Counted from the stretch's first letter, positions 18,466 through 27,631 are shown. The stretch is 32,000 bases of DNA from Alkalilimnicola ehrlichii MLHE-1 (GCF_000014785.1 NC_008340.1:1140001-1172000), one strand, 5' to 3'. Made by a program: numbers and translations. The notes: generated by a model from the sequence alone, not told the origin.

Positions 18466-19946
18466 TCGGCCGGCGGGTCCGCCGGCAACGGCGCCCCGGG
18501 CGGGGCGGGGGGTGTCGGCAGCGGGGGCTCGCCCAGCGCTTCCCCCGCGGGCACCTGGCGCCGCCCGGGCTCGGTAATGCGTTGCAGTAGCTGGTAATAG
18601 AGCCGGATGTTGCGCACGTAGTGCACCGGCTCCCAACCGCGCGCATAGCCGTGCCGGGTCTGCACATACCATTGGCGCTGGCTGAGCAGCGGCAGGTGGT
18701 CGCGGATGACTCGCCAGTCGTTCGGGTCGTAGCCGCGCTGGCGGGCGAGCCGGCGCGCGTCCTGCAGATGGCCGTAGCCCACGTTGTAGGCGGCCAGGGC
18801 CATCCAGGCCCGGTGCGGCTCTTCAATGTCCTCGGGCAGGCGCTCGAGCAGCCGGGAGAAATAGCGGGCGCCGCCAAAGATGCTTTGCTTGGGGTCGAGC
18901 CGATTGTCCACCCCCAGCATGGAGGCAGTATCCAGGGTGAGCATCATGATGCCCCGCACCCCGGTGGGTGAGACCGCCTGCGGATCCCAGTGGGACTCCT
19001 GATAGCCGATGGCCGCCAGCAGCCGCCAGTCCACCCCATACTCCTCGGCCGCCTCCTCGAACCAGTGCCGGTAGCGCGGCAGTCGATCCGCCACGTGGCG
19101 GTTGAAGGCCCGGAACCCCACGTAATCGAAACGGCCCAGGTGGCCGAAGTGCTCCTCCAGCAGCGTCGAGAGCGTGCCCTCCAGGCGCAGATCGGTGAAG
19201 TACCGGGCGGCCTCGTTATAGAGGCTGAGGTCCTCGGTGCGCGGGAAGGCCCACGCCAGTCCCTCCACGCCCGAGATCTCGAAGGCCTTGCGCAGCTCCG
19301 GGTAGTAGGCCCGGTTGATGCTCAGCTCATGGGAGTCGGCCACGGTGTAGCGCAGTTCCTCGTTCCAGACCCGGTAGAGCATGGCCTCGCTGTCTGCATG
19401 TTCATCCTCCGCCCAGGTCAGGTCGGGGTGGCTGCGGTTGCGCAGTTCCCGCAGCCGATCCGCGTGGCTGCTGTTGGCGATCACCGCCAACTCGCCCGGT
19501 CCGATCTCACTGAGGTCATCCGGTCGGGGGGTGCCCACCCGGTAGACCAGTTGCTGAGTAATGTCCTTGTAGGGCGGTGTGAACCAGTAGCGCTGGCCCC
19601 GGGATTCCGTGTAGGTGAGGCCGGCGGCGGCCAGGTCCGCCTCGCCATCGTCCAGCGCCGCGAAGATGGCCTCCAGGTCGGGGGCCACCAGCATGCGGAG
19701 CTGCACACCCAGGCGGTGGGCGAACGCCTGGGCCAGCTCGAACTCCAGGCCGGCCCGTCCCTTGTCCGTCTGGTAATAGGTGGTGGCGCTGATACGGGTG
19801 ATCACGCGCAGCTCGCCGCGTTCCAGAACGCGTTCCAGAATCGTGATCGGCTCCGGGTCGCGGGCCCGCTCCCAGGCGAGCCAGGCATAGGCCATTAGTG
19901 CCAGCGTGATGGCCCCGGCCACCAGGCGCACCGCCATGATTCGCAT
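18462..19946 (-). CDS. mltF: Membrane-bound lytic murein transglycosylase F (SBP_bac_3 domain + SLT domain).
   Basis: 494 aa. N-terminal signal/anchor. ERGELRVITR...TYYQ SBP-like module. SLT catalytic region IGYQESHWDPQAVSPTGVRGIMMLT. Proline-rich C-terminal tail. Confidence 0.9.
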   Translation of the reverse strand: MRIMAVRLVAGAITLALMAYAWLAWERARDPEPITILERVLERGELRVITRISATTYYQTDKGRAGLEFELAQAFAHRLGVQLRMLVAPDLEAIFAALDDGEADLAAAGLTYTESRGQRYWFTPPYKDITQQLVYRVGTPRPDDLSEIGPGELAVIANSSHADRLRELRNRSHPDLTWAEDEHADSEAMLYRVWNEELRYTVADSHELSINRAYYPELRKAFEISGVEGLAWAFPRTEDLSLYNEAARYFTDLRLEGTLSTLLEEHFGHLGRFDYVGFRAFNRHVADRLPRYRHWFEEAAEEYGVDWRLLAAIGYQESHWDPQAVSPTGVRGIMMLTLDTASMLGVDNRLDPKQSIFGGARYFSRLLERLPEDIEEPHRAWMALAAYNVGYGHLQDARRLARQRGYDPNDWRVIRDHLPLLSQRQWYVQTRHGYARGWEPVHYVRNIRLYYQLLQRITEPGRRQVPAGEALGEPPLPTPPAPPGAPLPADPPAD

Positions 19947-20082
19947 GTGGGGGGTTCCTACTCAATCGCGGATCTTGGTGTTAGACTACGGCCCTCGATC
20001 GTTGACGTACAGCCTTTCTGTCTCAATGGTTGATATTGAACCGGCTCGCGGGCGCCTGCCCTGGCGGGTCGGTGAGCACCGC

Positions 20083-20172
20083 GGAGAGGTGCCGGAGCGG
20101 CCGAACGGGGCGCACTCGAAATGCGTTGACCCCTCGCGGGGTCCGGGGGTTCGAATCCCTCCCTCTCCGCCA
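20083..20172 (+). tRNA. tRNA-Ser, anticodon CGA (class II with long variable arm), CCA encoded.
   Basis: GGAGAGGTGCCGGAGCGGCCGAACGGGGCGCACTCGAAATGCGTTGACCCCTCGCGGGGTCCGGGGGTTCGAATCCCTCCCTCTCCGCCA. The 7-bp acceptor stem is GGAGAGG/CCTCTCC. The anticodon loop is CTCGAAA. The T-loop is TTCGAAT. It closely parallels E. coli tRNA-Ser(CGA). Confidence 0.95.
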
Positions 20173-20238
20173 TTCCCCATCCCCGGGCGCGTACCGCGTC
20201 GATGCCGGGCACGCGCCATAGCTGCCCGGAGCCTTGGC

Positions 20239-20553
20239 ATGTTCGTTGTCACCAATCGCGTCCCGGTCGCCGAGGGTCACGAAGCCGCCTTCGAAGAGCG
20301 TTTCCGCAACCGCGCCGGCCAAATCGAGCGCAATCCCGGGTTCCTCGGGATGCAGATCCTCCGTCCCGCCAAACCCGGCGTGCCCTATCTGGTGCAGACC
20401 ACCTGGGAGAGTCGCGAGGCCTTTGAACGATGGGTGGACAGCGACGACTTCCGCCAGGCGCACGCCAACCCCCTGCCGAAATCGGCGTTCAGCGGCCCCA
20501 GCGCCATGGAGATGCACGAGGTGATCCTCAGCGCGGGTCGCCCAAGCCGGTGA
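20239..20553 (+). CDS. Antibiotic-biosynthesis-monooxygenase (ABM/IsdG-like) family protein.
   Basis: The start is re-set to the ATG at 20239 (MFVVTNRVPVAEGHEAAFEERFRNRAG...WESREAFERWVDSDDFRQAH). 104 aa, with the typical ABM ferredoxin-like fold signature. Confidence 0.8.
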   Translation: MFVVTNRVPVAEGHEAAFEERFRNRAGQIERNPGFLGMQILRPAKPGVPYLVQTTWESREAFERWVDSDDFRQAHANPLPKSAFSGPSAMEMHEVILSAGRPSR

Positions 20554-21550
20554 AGAACTCGCGGGTGTTCTGTGCCAGCGTCGCCATGTGATAGCCCCCC
20601 TCCTGGATGATCAGCGTCGGCAGAGCGAGCTCGGCCAGGGTGCGACCCATGCGGTTGAAGCCGGGTGAGCTCACCGCCGCCTTGTTCTGCGGGTCATCCT
20701 TATAGATATCGAAGCCCAGGGTGACGATGAGCGCGTCGGGGGCGTAGAGCTCGATGGCGTGCGCCGCCTCCTCCAAGCGCTGGAAGTAGGTGGCCTCCGG
20801 TGAGCCGTGGGGCATGGGCAGGTTGATATTATAGCCCTCGCCGGCCCCGGCCCCGCGCTCCTCCTCGTGGCCGCTCACCACCGGGTAGAAGTTGGTGGGG
20901 TCGCCGTGGATGGAGATATAGAGCACATCGTCCCGGTCGTAGAAGATCTCCTGGATGCCCTGGCCATGGTGCATGTCCGGGTCGAGGATGGCGATCCGGG
21001 GGTACTGGGCCTTGAGGGCCTCGGCGGCGATGGCGGCATTGTTCAGATAGCAGAAGCCACCCGCGGCGTCGCGGCGGGCGTGGTGTCCCGGCGGGCGGCA
21101 GACCGCATAGGCGCGCTTCGCCCCCCGCAGCAGCTCGTCGCTGGCCGATAACGCGGTCTGGGCCGACCAGTAGGCGGCCTCGAAGGTGTGTTCGCCAATG
21201 GGGCAACTGCCGTCGGCCAGGTAGCGGGCGGCCTCGGCCAGGATGCCCTTCATGGGGTTGGGCGAGCGCACGAAGACATTGGACATCACCTCATCACCCC
21301 AGTCATCGGGGATGGCCTTCCAGCGCCGATGCGCCGACTCCAGGAACCGCAGGTAGCCCATGTCGTGGACCCGGGCAATGGCCTGCATCCCGTGATCAGA
21401 GGGTGTCTCCACCGAGATATCCAGCGTCCGCAGCCCCTCCAGGATATGCCCGGTGCGCTCGGGGAGTTCCAGCGGCGCCCGCATCTGACCGCGGGAGAGG
21501 TAGCTCCTGGGGATGTGCTTGTCCTGGCTCGGGTGGAAAAATGCCTTCAC
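20528..21550 (-). CDS. Histone-deacetylase-family amidohydrolase (acetylpolyamine/acetoin-utilisation type).
   Basis: RPPGHHA, FCYLNNAAIAA, ILDPDMHHGQGIQ, SIHGDP and QEGGY. The preferred start is the GTG at 21550 (KAFFHPSQ), with GGGGGA 6-7 nt upstream, giving 340 aa. An alternative ATG is at 21583. The track start 21766 is probably too long. Confidence 0.85.
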   Translation of the reverse strand: MKAFFHPSQDKHIPRSYLSRGQMRAPLELPERTGHILEGLRTLDISVETPSDHGMQAIARVHDMGYLRFLESAHRRWKAIPDDWGDEVMSNVFVRSPNPMKGILAEAARYLADGSCPIGEHTFEAAYWSAQTALSASDELLRGAKRAYAVCRPPGHHARRDAAGGFCYLNNAAIAAEALKAQYPRIAILDPDMHHGQGIQEIFYDRDDVLYISIHGDPTNFYPVVSGHEEERGAGAGEGYNINLPMPHGSPEATYFQRLEEAAHAIELYAPDALIVTLGFDIYKDDPQNKAAVSSPGFNRMGRTLAELALPTLIIQEGGYHMATLAQNTREFFTGLGDPR

Positions 21551-21851
21551 GTCGGATCCCCCATCAACGGCCCGTGGTGTCATCGCCGGCCGGCGCCCGA
21601 CCAGCCCTACCCGCATACTAACCGCTAATTCCACCCTCTGGGGATCCCCTGCGGCTGATTTTTTCCGCGGCGGATGGGGCATCGAGCGGGGGCCGGGCAG
21701 GCACCCGGCGGGGCCACCGGGGCATGGCCAATGGGGCTGAAAGGTGGTTAAGCTGCCGGCTGCCACCCGGTCGTTTTCGGGGTAAACTGTATGTGGGACG
21801 CAGCTAATTGCATGCGCGGTGGGAACCGATCAGAGGTGAGGGCAGCGGACC

Positions 21852-22208
21852 ATGGTGCTGTTCTGGCGAAGCCTGGGGATACTGTGCGTGGCCATCGGCA
21901 GTGTCGGTGTGGTGGTGCCGCTCCTGCCGACCACACCCTTCCTGCTGCTCGCCGCCTGGGCCTTCGCCAAGGGCTCGGAGCGTTGGCGGGCGTGGCTGCT
22001 CGACCATCCCCGGCTGGGCCCGTGCATTCGTGCCTGGCAGACCGAGCGCGCCATCCCCTACCGGGCCAAGGTGTTGGCCGTCGCCTCGCTGCTGCTGAGC
22101 CTGCTTATCGCGCTGTGGTTGGCACTGCCGCCGGTGGCGCTGGGCCTGCAGGCCACGGCGCTGGTGCTGGTCTCGGCCTTCATCCTCACCCGACCGACGG
22201 CCTGCTGA
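21852..22208 (+). CDS. ybaN: DUF454 inner-membrane protein YbaN.
   Basis: 118 aa. GSVGVVVPLLPTTPFLLLAAWAFAKGSERW..WL is the DUF454 signature, followed by two further TM segments. Confidence 0.8.
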   Translation: MVLFWRSLGILCVAIGSVGVVVPLLPTTPFLLLAAWAFAKGSERWRAWLLDHPRLGPCIRAWQTERAIPYRAKVLAVASLLLSLLIALWLALPPVALGLQATALVLVSAFILTRPTAC

Positions 22209-22248
22209 GCCGCGCCCCCTGCCGCGGTGAGCCGCGGAGGACGAGGGC

Positions 22249-24417
22249 GTGACGGGCCCGGAGCCATTGCTCGGGGTGGTCGACCGGCTGCTGGCCGCTG
22301 CCCGTGCCCGTGGCCACCGGCGATTGCTGGTGCTGGCCGGGACCGCGGTCTGGGGCCGTGCCGAGGCCCGCCGGGTCCTGCAACGCTGCGGTGCCGACGA
22401 ACACCACCTGTGGGTGGGGGAGGGTGAGGGCGCCCGGGCCGCGGCGGAAGTCTGGCAGGAGCTGGGCCGGGAGTACCCGGCGCTGGTGTTTGACGCCCAT
22501 TGCGGCTTCGATCCGGACGCCTTCGGGGCCGTGGCCGGCACGGTGCACGGTGGCGGCCTGCTGCTCCTGCTTACCCCACCGCTGGCGGATTGGCACCGGG
22601 CGCCGGATCCGGAGCGGGTGCGCCTGGCCGTCCACCCGCTGCGCCCGGAGCAGGTCCCCGGCCGTTACCTCTGGCGCCTGGCGCGGTTGCTGCGGGACAG
22701 CCCCGATGCCTGGGTGGTGGAGCAGGACGGCACGGCGGTGCCGGCCGCCCCGGACCGCCTGCCGCCGTCGCAATCCGCATCCGCGGTCGTCGGGCCCGCC
22801 GGGGGCGGGCCGCTCACCCCCGATCAGGCACAGGCCGTGGAGGCCCTGGTCCGTTCCGCATCCGGGCGCGGTCACCGGCGGCGGCCGGTGGTGCTGACCT
22901 CCGACCGCGGGCGGGGCAAGTCCTCCGCCCTGGGGCTGGCCGCCGCCCGCCTGCTGCGCCAGGGGCTGGCTGATATCCGGGTGACCGCGCCGGCGGCGGA
23001 GGCGGTGCAGCCGCTGCTGGAACATGCCGCCGCGGGGCTCCCCGGCAGTCGCCGTACCCGGACTGCGGTCGAGTGGCGGGGGCGGAGCCTGCGCTTCGCC
23101 GTGCCGCGTGCCCTGCTGGACAGCAGCGATACCCCCGACCTGGTGCTGGTGGACGAGGCGGCCGCCATCCCGACACCGGTGCTGGCGGCATTGCTGCGCC
23201 GCCACCCGCGCATGGCCTTCGCCACCACGGTCCATGGCTACGAGGGCACCGGTCGGGGGTTCGCCCTGCGCTTCAACGCGTTGCTCGACCGCGAGACCCG
23301 CGGCTGGCAGGCGGTGCGGTTGCAGACCCCGGTGCGCTGGTCGCCCGGCGATCCGGTGGAGGCGCTGGTGTTCCGGTTACTGCTGCTGGACGCCGAACCC
23401 GGGGAGGTGCCGCCGACGGCCTCCGGCGCCCCGCGCTGGGAGTGGTTGGTCCGCGACCGCCTGGCCGCCGACGAGCCGTTGCTCACCCAGGTGTTCGGGC
23501 TCCTGGTCCAGGCCCACTATCGCACCCGGCCACTGGACCTGCGCCACCTGCTGGACGGGCCCAATGTGCGGGTCGGGGCGTTATGGCTGGACGGGCGCCT
23601 GGTGGGAACGCTGATGGTGGCGGAGGAGGGGGGATTCGATGCCGCCTTCGCCGAGGCCGTCTGGCGGGGTCGGGCCCGTCCCATGGGCCATATGCTCCCG
23701 GAGACCCTGGCCGCCCATTGCGGTCTGCGTCAGGCGCCGGAGCGGCGCGGACTGCGGGTGGTACGCATTGCGGTCCATCCGGATGCCAGGCGCCGGGGGC
23801 TGGGACGGCGCCTGTTGTTGGAGGCCCTCGCCGACGCCCGGCGGCGGGGTCTGGACTACCTGGGCACGGCCTTCGGGACCACCGACGAGTTGCTGCGTTT
23901 CTGGCAATGCGAGGGGCTGGCCCCGGTGCGTGTCAGCCTGCGTCGCGGCGCGGCCAGCGGCGCCCATTCGGTGGTCATGCTCCGGGCGGTGAGTGCCGCC
24001 GGGGAGTCCCTGCTTGGCCGGGCCCGGGCCCGCTTTCTCGACGGCCTGCCCCACCTGTTGGCCGATCCGCTGCGCCGGCTGGAGCCGGCGCTGGCCGACC
24101 AACTGCTGCGCGCGCCGGATCAGGGTGCCGCCCCGCCCGTGGCGGATGACTGGGAGGACCTGCGGGCCTTCGCCGCCAGCGAGCGGATCTTCGAAGCCTG
24201 CCTGCCGGCGCTCCGCCGCTGGACGTTGTGGCTGCTGGCCGACCCGGAGCGAGCCGCGCGGCTGACCCCGGCGGAGCGCAATGCGCTCATCCTTCGCCTC
24301 CTGCAGCACCGGGACTGGGGTGAGACCGCCCGGGCCTTGTCATTGCCGGGCCGCCGCCAGGTGACCCGCCTGCTCCGTGAGGCAGTGGCGGGGCAGTTGC
24401 CGGAGCCGCTAGGCTAG
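22249..24417 (+). CDS. tmcA: tRNA(Met) cytidine acetyltransferase TmcA (helicase-like ATPase + GNAT).
   Basis: 722 aa. P-loop LTSDRGRGKSSALG, DLVLVDEAAAIP, TTVHGYEGTGRGF. GNAT region RVVRIAVHPDARRRGLGRRLL. GTG start with GGAGGA 7 nt upstream. Confidence 0.88.
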   Translation: MTGPEPLLGVVDRLLAAARARGHRRLLVLAGTAVWGRAEARRVLQRCGADEHHLWVGEGEGARAAAEVWQELGREYPALVFDAHCGFDPDAFGAVAGTVHGGGLLLLLTPPLADWHRAPDPERVRLAVHPLRPEQVPGRYLWRLARLLRDSPDAWVVEQDGTAVPAAPDRLPPSQSASAVVGPAGGGPLTPDQAQAVEALVRSASGRGHRRRPVVLTSDRGRGKSSALGLAAARLLRQGLADIRVTAPAAEAVQPLLEHAAAGLPGSRRTRTAVEWRGRSLRFAVPRALLDSSDTPDLVLVDEAAAIPTPVLAALLRRHPRMAFATTVHGYEGTGRGFALRFNALLDRETRGWQAVRLQTPVRWSPGDPVEALVFRLLLLDAEPGEVPPTASGAPRWEWLVRDRLAADEPLLTQVFGLLVQAHYRTRPLDLRHLLDGPNVRVGALWLDGRLVGTLMVAEEGGFDAAFAEAVWRGRARPMGHMLPETLAAHCGLRQAPERRGLRVVRIAVHPDARRRGLGRRLLLEALADARRRGLDYLGTAFGTTDELLRFWQCEGLAPVRVSLRRGAASGAHSVVMLRAVSAAGESLLGRARARFLDGLPHLLADPLRRLEPALADQLLRAPDQGAAPPVADDWEDLRAFAASERIFEACLPALRRWTLWLLADPERAARLTPAERNALILRLLQHRDWGETARALSLPGRRQVTRLLREAVAGQLPEPLG

Positions 24418-24447
24418 GGGCCTGTCCCGCGGTTGGGTTCGCACACA

Positions 24448-26115
24448 ATGCTGGTGATTCTGGTCCTGCTCTGGCCGCTGCTGCTGGCCGCCGCTCTGTT
24501 CACGGCGTGGCGGCCGAGCGCGTGGCGGTGGGCCCCATCGGCGCCGGTGCCGGCACTGCTGGCCGCCTTCTGGCCCGGCGGCCACTGGGAGGCCCCGTGG
24601 TTGTTGCTGGGCCTGCGCCTGGGGGTGGACCCGCTCGGCGCGCCGTTGCTGCTGCTGGCCGCGGTAGTGTGGCTGCTGGCCGCTCTCGCCGCGCGCCGCG
24701 CCATGGCCGGAGATGCCCATCGGGACCGCTTTCTGGCGCTGTTCCTGCTCACCATGGCCGGTAACCTGGGGGTGTTCATCGCCCTGGACGCGGCAGGCTT
24801 TTACCTGGCCTATGCGTTGATGACCTTCGCCGCCTACGGCTTGGTGATCCACGACGGCCGGGCGGTCTCGCGCCGGGCCGGGCGGGTCTATCTGGTGTTG
24901 GCGGTGCTGGGTGAGGGGCTGCTGGTGGCGGGCCTGCTGCTGATGGCCGCTGAGTTCGGCAACCCCGATCTGCGCGGGCTGGGCCCGATGCTGGCCGGGG
25001 CCGCCCACAAGGACTGGCTGGTGGTGCTGTTCCTGCTCGGCTTCGGGATCAAGATGGGTATGGTGCCGTTGCACCTCTGGCTGCCGTTGGCCCATCCCTG
25101 CGCGCCGGTCCCTGCCAGCGCCGTGCTCTCCGGGGTGATCGTCAAGGCCGGGCTGATGGGTTGGCTGCGGTTTCTGCCGCTTGGCCAGGGGGTGACCGAC
25201 GCCGTCGCCCCGTGGGTGATGGCCATCGGCCTGTTTTCGGCCTTTTTCGCCGTGGTGGTGGGTCTGGCCCAGGAACGGGCCAAGACCGTGCTGGCCTATT
25301 CCACGGTCAGCCAGATGGGGCTGCTCACCCTGCTGATCGGTTTGGGATTGGCGCTGCCGGAGATCCAGTGGACCCTGGCCATGGGGGCGGTCGTGCTGAT
25401 GGCGTTGCACCATGGACTGGCCAAGGGGGCGCTGTTCCTGGCCATGGGGGCGGACGCGCGGGCGCGGTTCTGGCTGATGCTTTGGCCGGCCGCCGCCCTG
25501 GCCGGACTGCCGTTGACCGCCGGGGCCCTGGGCAAGAAGGCGCTCAAGGATGCCGTCGATATGGCGCCCGGGGTCTGGGCGGAGCTGTTGCTGCCGCTGC
25601 TGGCGCTGAGCTCGCTGGCCACGACGCTGCTCATGCTGCGCCTGCTCTGGCTGGTCCGACCGCCGGGTGGTCCCTGGGGGGCGGAGCACAACGGCGCCGT
25701 GGGCGAGCCGGCGCGCGGCCGGGCCCCGGTGCTTGGCCTGGTACTGATCGGGGTGTTTCTGCCCTGGTTGTGGGCGGGGTGGCAGCTTCCCCAGGCGGCG
25801 GTGGCGGCCCTCGGGGTGACGGCACTCTGGGACAGCCTCTGGCCGGCACTGCTGGGGCTGGGGGCGGGGGGCGCCTGGTGGTATTGGGCGCCGCGCCGCT
25901 GGCAGGCCGTGCGCTTGCCGGAAGGGGACCTGGCCGCCCTGTTGCCCGCCGCGCCTTCGTTGCCCCAGCCGCCCGCCTGGCAACCGTTACTATCGGACAG
26001 CGGTGGCGGCAGCCGGCTGGTGTCCCGGATGGCGTCCGGGTTCAGTCAATTGGCGGTGGCCGGGGCGCTGTTCCTGGCCCTGGTGCTCCTGATGCTGCTG
26101 CTCCTGCTGCGCTGA
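24448..26115 (+). CDS. Orphan proton-conducting antiporter-module protein (Proton_antipo_M; NuoL/NuoN/MrpD-like).
   Basis: About 555 aa and highly hydrophobic. GFGIKMGMVPLHLWLPLAHPCAPVPASAVLSGVIVKAGLMG and VLAYSTVSQMG are the family core motifs. The ATG at 24448 lies 30 nt after the tmcA stop. The track uses TTG 24433. Confidence 0.8.
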   Translation: MLVILVLLWPLLLAAALFTAWRPSAWRWAPSAPVPALLAAFWPGGHWEAPWLLLGLRLGVDPLGAPLLLLAAVVWLLAALAARRAMAGDAHRDRFLALFLLTMAGNLGVFIALDAAGFYLAYALMTFAAYGLVIHDGRAVSRRAGRVYLVLAVLGEGLLVAGLLLMAAEFGNPDLRGLGPMLAGAAHKDWLVVLFLLGFGIKMGMVPLHLWLPLAHPCAPVPASAVLSGVIVKAGLMGWLRFLPLGQGVTDAVAPWVMAIGLFSAFFAVVVGLAQERAKTVLAYSTVSQMGLLTLLIGLGLALPEIQWTLAMGAVVLMALHHGLAKGALFLAMGADARARFWLMLWPAAALAGLPLTAGALGKKALKDAVDMAPGVWAELLLPLLALSSLATTLLMLRLLWLVRPPGGPWGAEHNGAVGEPARGRAPVLGLVLIGVFLPWLWAGWQLPQAAVAALGVTALWDSLWPALLGLGAGGAWWYWAPRRWQAVRLPEGDLAALLPAAPSLPQPPAWQPLLSDSGGGSRLVSRMASGFSQLAVAGALFLALVLLMLLLLLR

Positions 26116-26131
26116 TCCGGTCGCACCCGGC

Positions 26132-27631
26132 TCAGCCGCCGCTCTCCATGGCTCCCTCAATGGCGGCACAGAGCCGCTTGATCACTTTGACCCGGGCGAA
26201 GCGTTTGTCATTGGCCTCGATCACGTGCCAGGGCGCGGCGGTGGTATCGGTGTAGCGCAGCATGTCGTTGATGGCGGCCTGGTAGTCGTCCCACCGCTCC
26301 CGGTTACGCCAGTCCTCCTCGGTCAGCTTGTGCGCCTTCCACGGTGTCTCCGCGCGCGCCTGGAAGCGGGCGAGCTGCTCGTCGGCGTCGATGGCGAGCC
26401 AGAACTTGGCGAGGATAATATTGCTCCTCAGGAGGTTCTGCTCAAAGTGGTTGATCTCGCCATAGGCGCGGCGCCAGTCGGTCCGCTCGGCGAAGCCCTC
26501 CACCCGTTCCACCAGGACGCGCCCGTACCAGGAGCGATCGAAGATGGTCATCCGGCCGTGCGAGGGCAGTTGCCGCCAGAAGCGCCAAATCCAGGGCTGC
26601 GCGCGCTCCTCGTCGGTGGGCGCCGCCACGCTGATCACCCGGTAGTGGCGGGCGTCCAGGGCGGCGGTGACCCGGTGGATGCTGCCGCCCTTGCCGGCGG
26701 CGTCGTGGCCCTCGAAGACCGCCACCACGGCGTAGTCGCGACGGAACACCGGATCCCGCACCAGTTGACTGAGCCGGTCCTGCCAGCGGGTCAGTTCTTC
26801 GTGGTAGGTGGTCTTGTCCAGGGTCTGGGTCAGGTCCAGCGCCTCCAGGGTCTGTGGATCGCGCGCGGGACGGCATTTGACCGGGGCGCGGGCGCTCTCC
26901 ACCTCCTCCCGCCGACCCCTCAGCCGGTCCTGCATCCGGTCCAGGATGATGGCGGCGGTCTGCAGCGTTTGCCGCTCCGGGTGCCCGCCCTCCAGCACGT
27001 GCCAGGGGGCCCAGGCGCTGTCGGTGGCCTCCACCACCTGGTGGGCGGTCTCGTCGATGGCGTCAAACTGCTCGTGGCGTAGCCAGGACAACTCATTGAC
27101 CCGCCAGCGGTTGACCGGGTCGGACTCCAGCTGGTGCAGGCGCTCGGCCTGCCGCTCGCGGGAGATTCGGTACCAGAACTTCAGGATCAGCGCGCCCTCG
27201 GCGGCCAGGGTCTTCTCGAACTCCCGGACCTCCTCCACCCGGGTCTCCAGGACCGCTGGGCCGATCAGACCCTGCACACGGTCGATCACCGCCTCGCCAT
27301 ACCAGCCGTTGACGTAGATCCCTATACGGCCGGCCGGCGGCAGGCTACGCCAGTACCGCCACATGGGCGGGCGGGCGCGTTCCTCGTCATTGGGCGGCCC
27401 GAAGGCATGGGTCTCCATGCCCCGGTTCTCCAGCCACTTGTTGAGCAGATTCACCGTCTCGCCGCGGCCGCTACCGACTTGGCCGGTGACCATGATCACC
27501 ACGGGGATCTCGGCAGCCTCGGACAGGGCCAGCTGGCTGCGCAGCAGCTTCAGGCGCAGCTCCTGCAGCGTCTTTTTCCGCTCCTTTTTGTCCGCCTGAC
27601 CCTCGATCAGGCGGTTGATGCGTTTTTGCAC
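26132..27631 (-). CDS. ppk2: Two-domain polyphosphate kinase 2 (polyphosphate:AMP phosphotransferase type).
   Basis: 499 aa with duplicated PPK2 modules. Module 1: VIMVTGQVGSGRGETV...WRYWRSLP. Module 2: VAVFEGHDAAGKGGSI...WRFWRQLP...FDRSWYGRV. GTG start with GGGAG 7 nt upstream. Confidence 0.88.
   Translation of the reverse strand: MQKRINRLIEGQADKKERKKTLQELRLKLLRSQLALSEAAEIPVVIMVTGQVGSGRGETVNLLNKWLENRGMETHAFGPPNDEERARPPMWRYWRSLPPAGRIGIYVNGWYGEAVIDRVQGLIGPAVLETRVEEVREFEKTLAAEGALILKFWYRISRERQAERLHQLESDPVNRWRVNELSWLRHEQFDAIDETAHQVVEATDSAWAPWHVLEGGHPERQTLQTAAIILDRMQDRLRGRREEVESARAPVKCRPARDPQTLEALDLTQTLDKTTYHEELTRWQDRLSQLVRDPVFRRDYAVVAVFEGHDAAGKGGSIHRVTAALDARHYRVISVAAPTDEERAQPWIWRFWRQLPSHGRMTIFDRSWYGRVLVERVEGFAERTDWRRAYGEINHFEQNLLRSNIILAKFWLAIDADEQLARFQARAETPWKAHKLTEEDWRNRERWDDYQAAINDMLRYTDTTAAPWHVIEANDKRFARVKVIKRLCAAIEGAMESGG

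Noticed and set aside
20002-20030. Sigma70 promoter for tRNA-Ser (TTGACG-N17-AATGGT).
   Set aside because: The -35 element is good, but the -10 matches only 3 of 6 positions and lies more than 50 nt from the mature 5' end. It is too weak to list as a feature.
20083-21766. Genomic island or prophage remnant integrated at tRNA-Ser.
   Set aside because: There is no integrase or other mobility gene downstream. I saw no direct repeat of the tRNA 3' end elsewhere in the window. The flanking genes look compositionally like the rest of the window.
22186-23235. 349-aa minus-strand ORF and several 100-360-aa ORFs in other frames across the tmcA region.
   Set aside because: All overlap the TmcA frame, which has P-loop, helicase-like and GNAT motifs. 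Their translations are R/P/G/A-rich, with no motifs.
24409-25983. 524-aa minus-strand ORF opposite the antiporter-module gene. The 364-aa ORF at 25161-26255 is similar.
   Set aside because: The plus-frame product is a coherent polytopic membrane protein with family motifs. The alternatives are hydrophilic low-complexity R/Q/G/P strings.
24448-26115. DabB subunit of a DAB inorganic-carbon pump.
   Set aside because: The defining partner gene (DUF2309/DabA) is absent on both sides, so the call cannot be supported from this window. It is kept only as a hypothesis to test in the orphan-antiporter finding.
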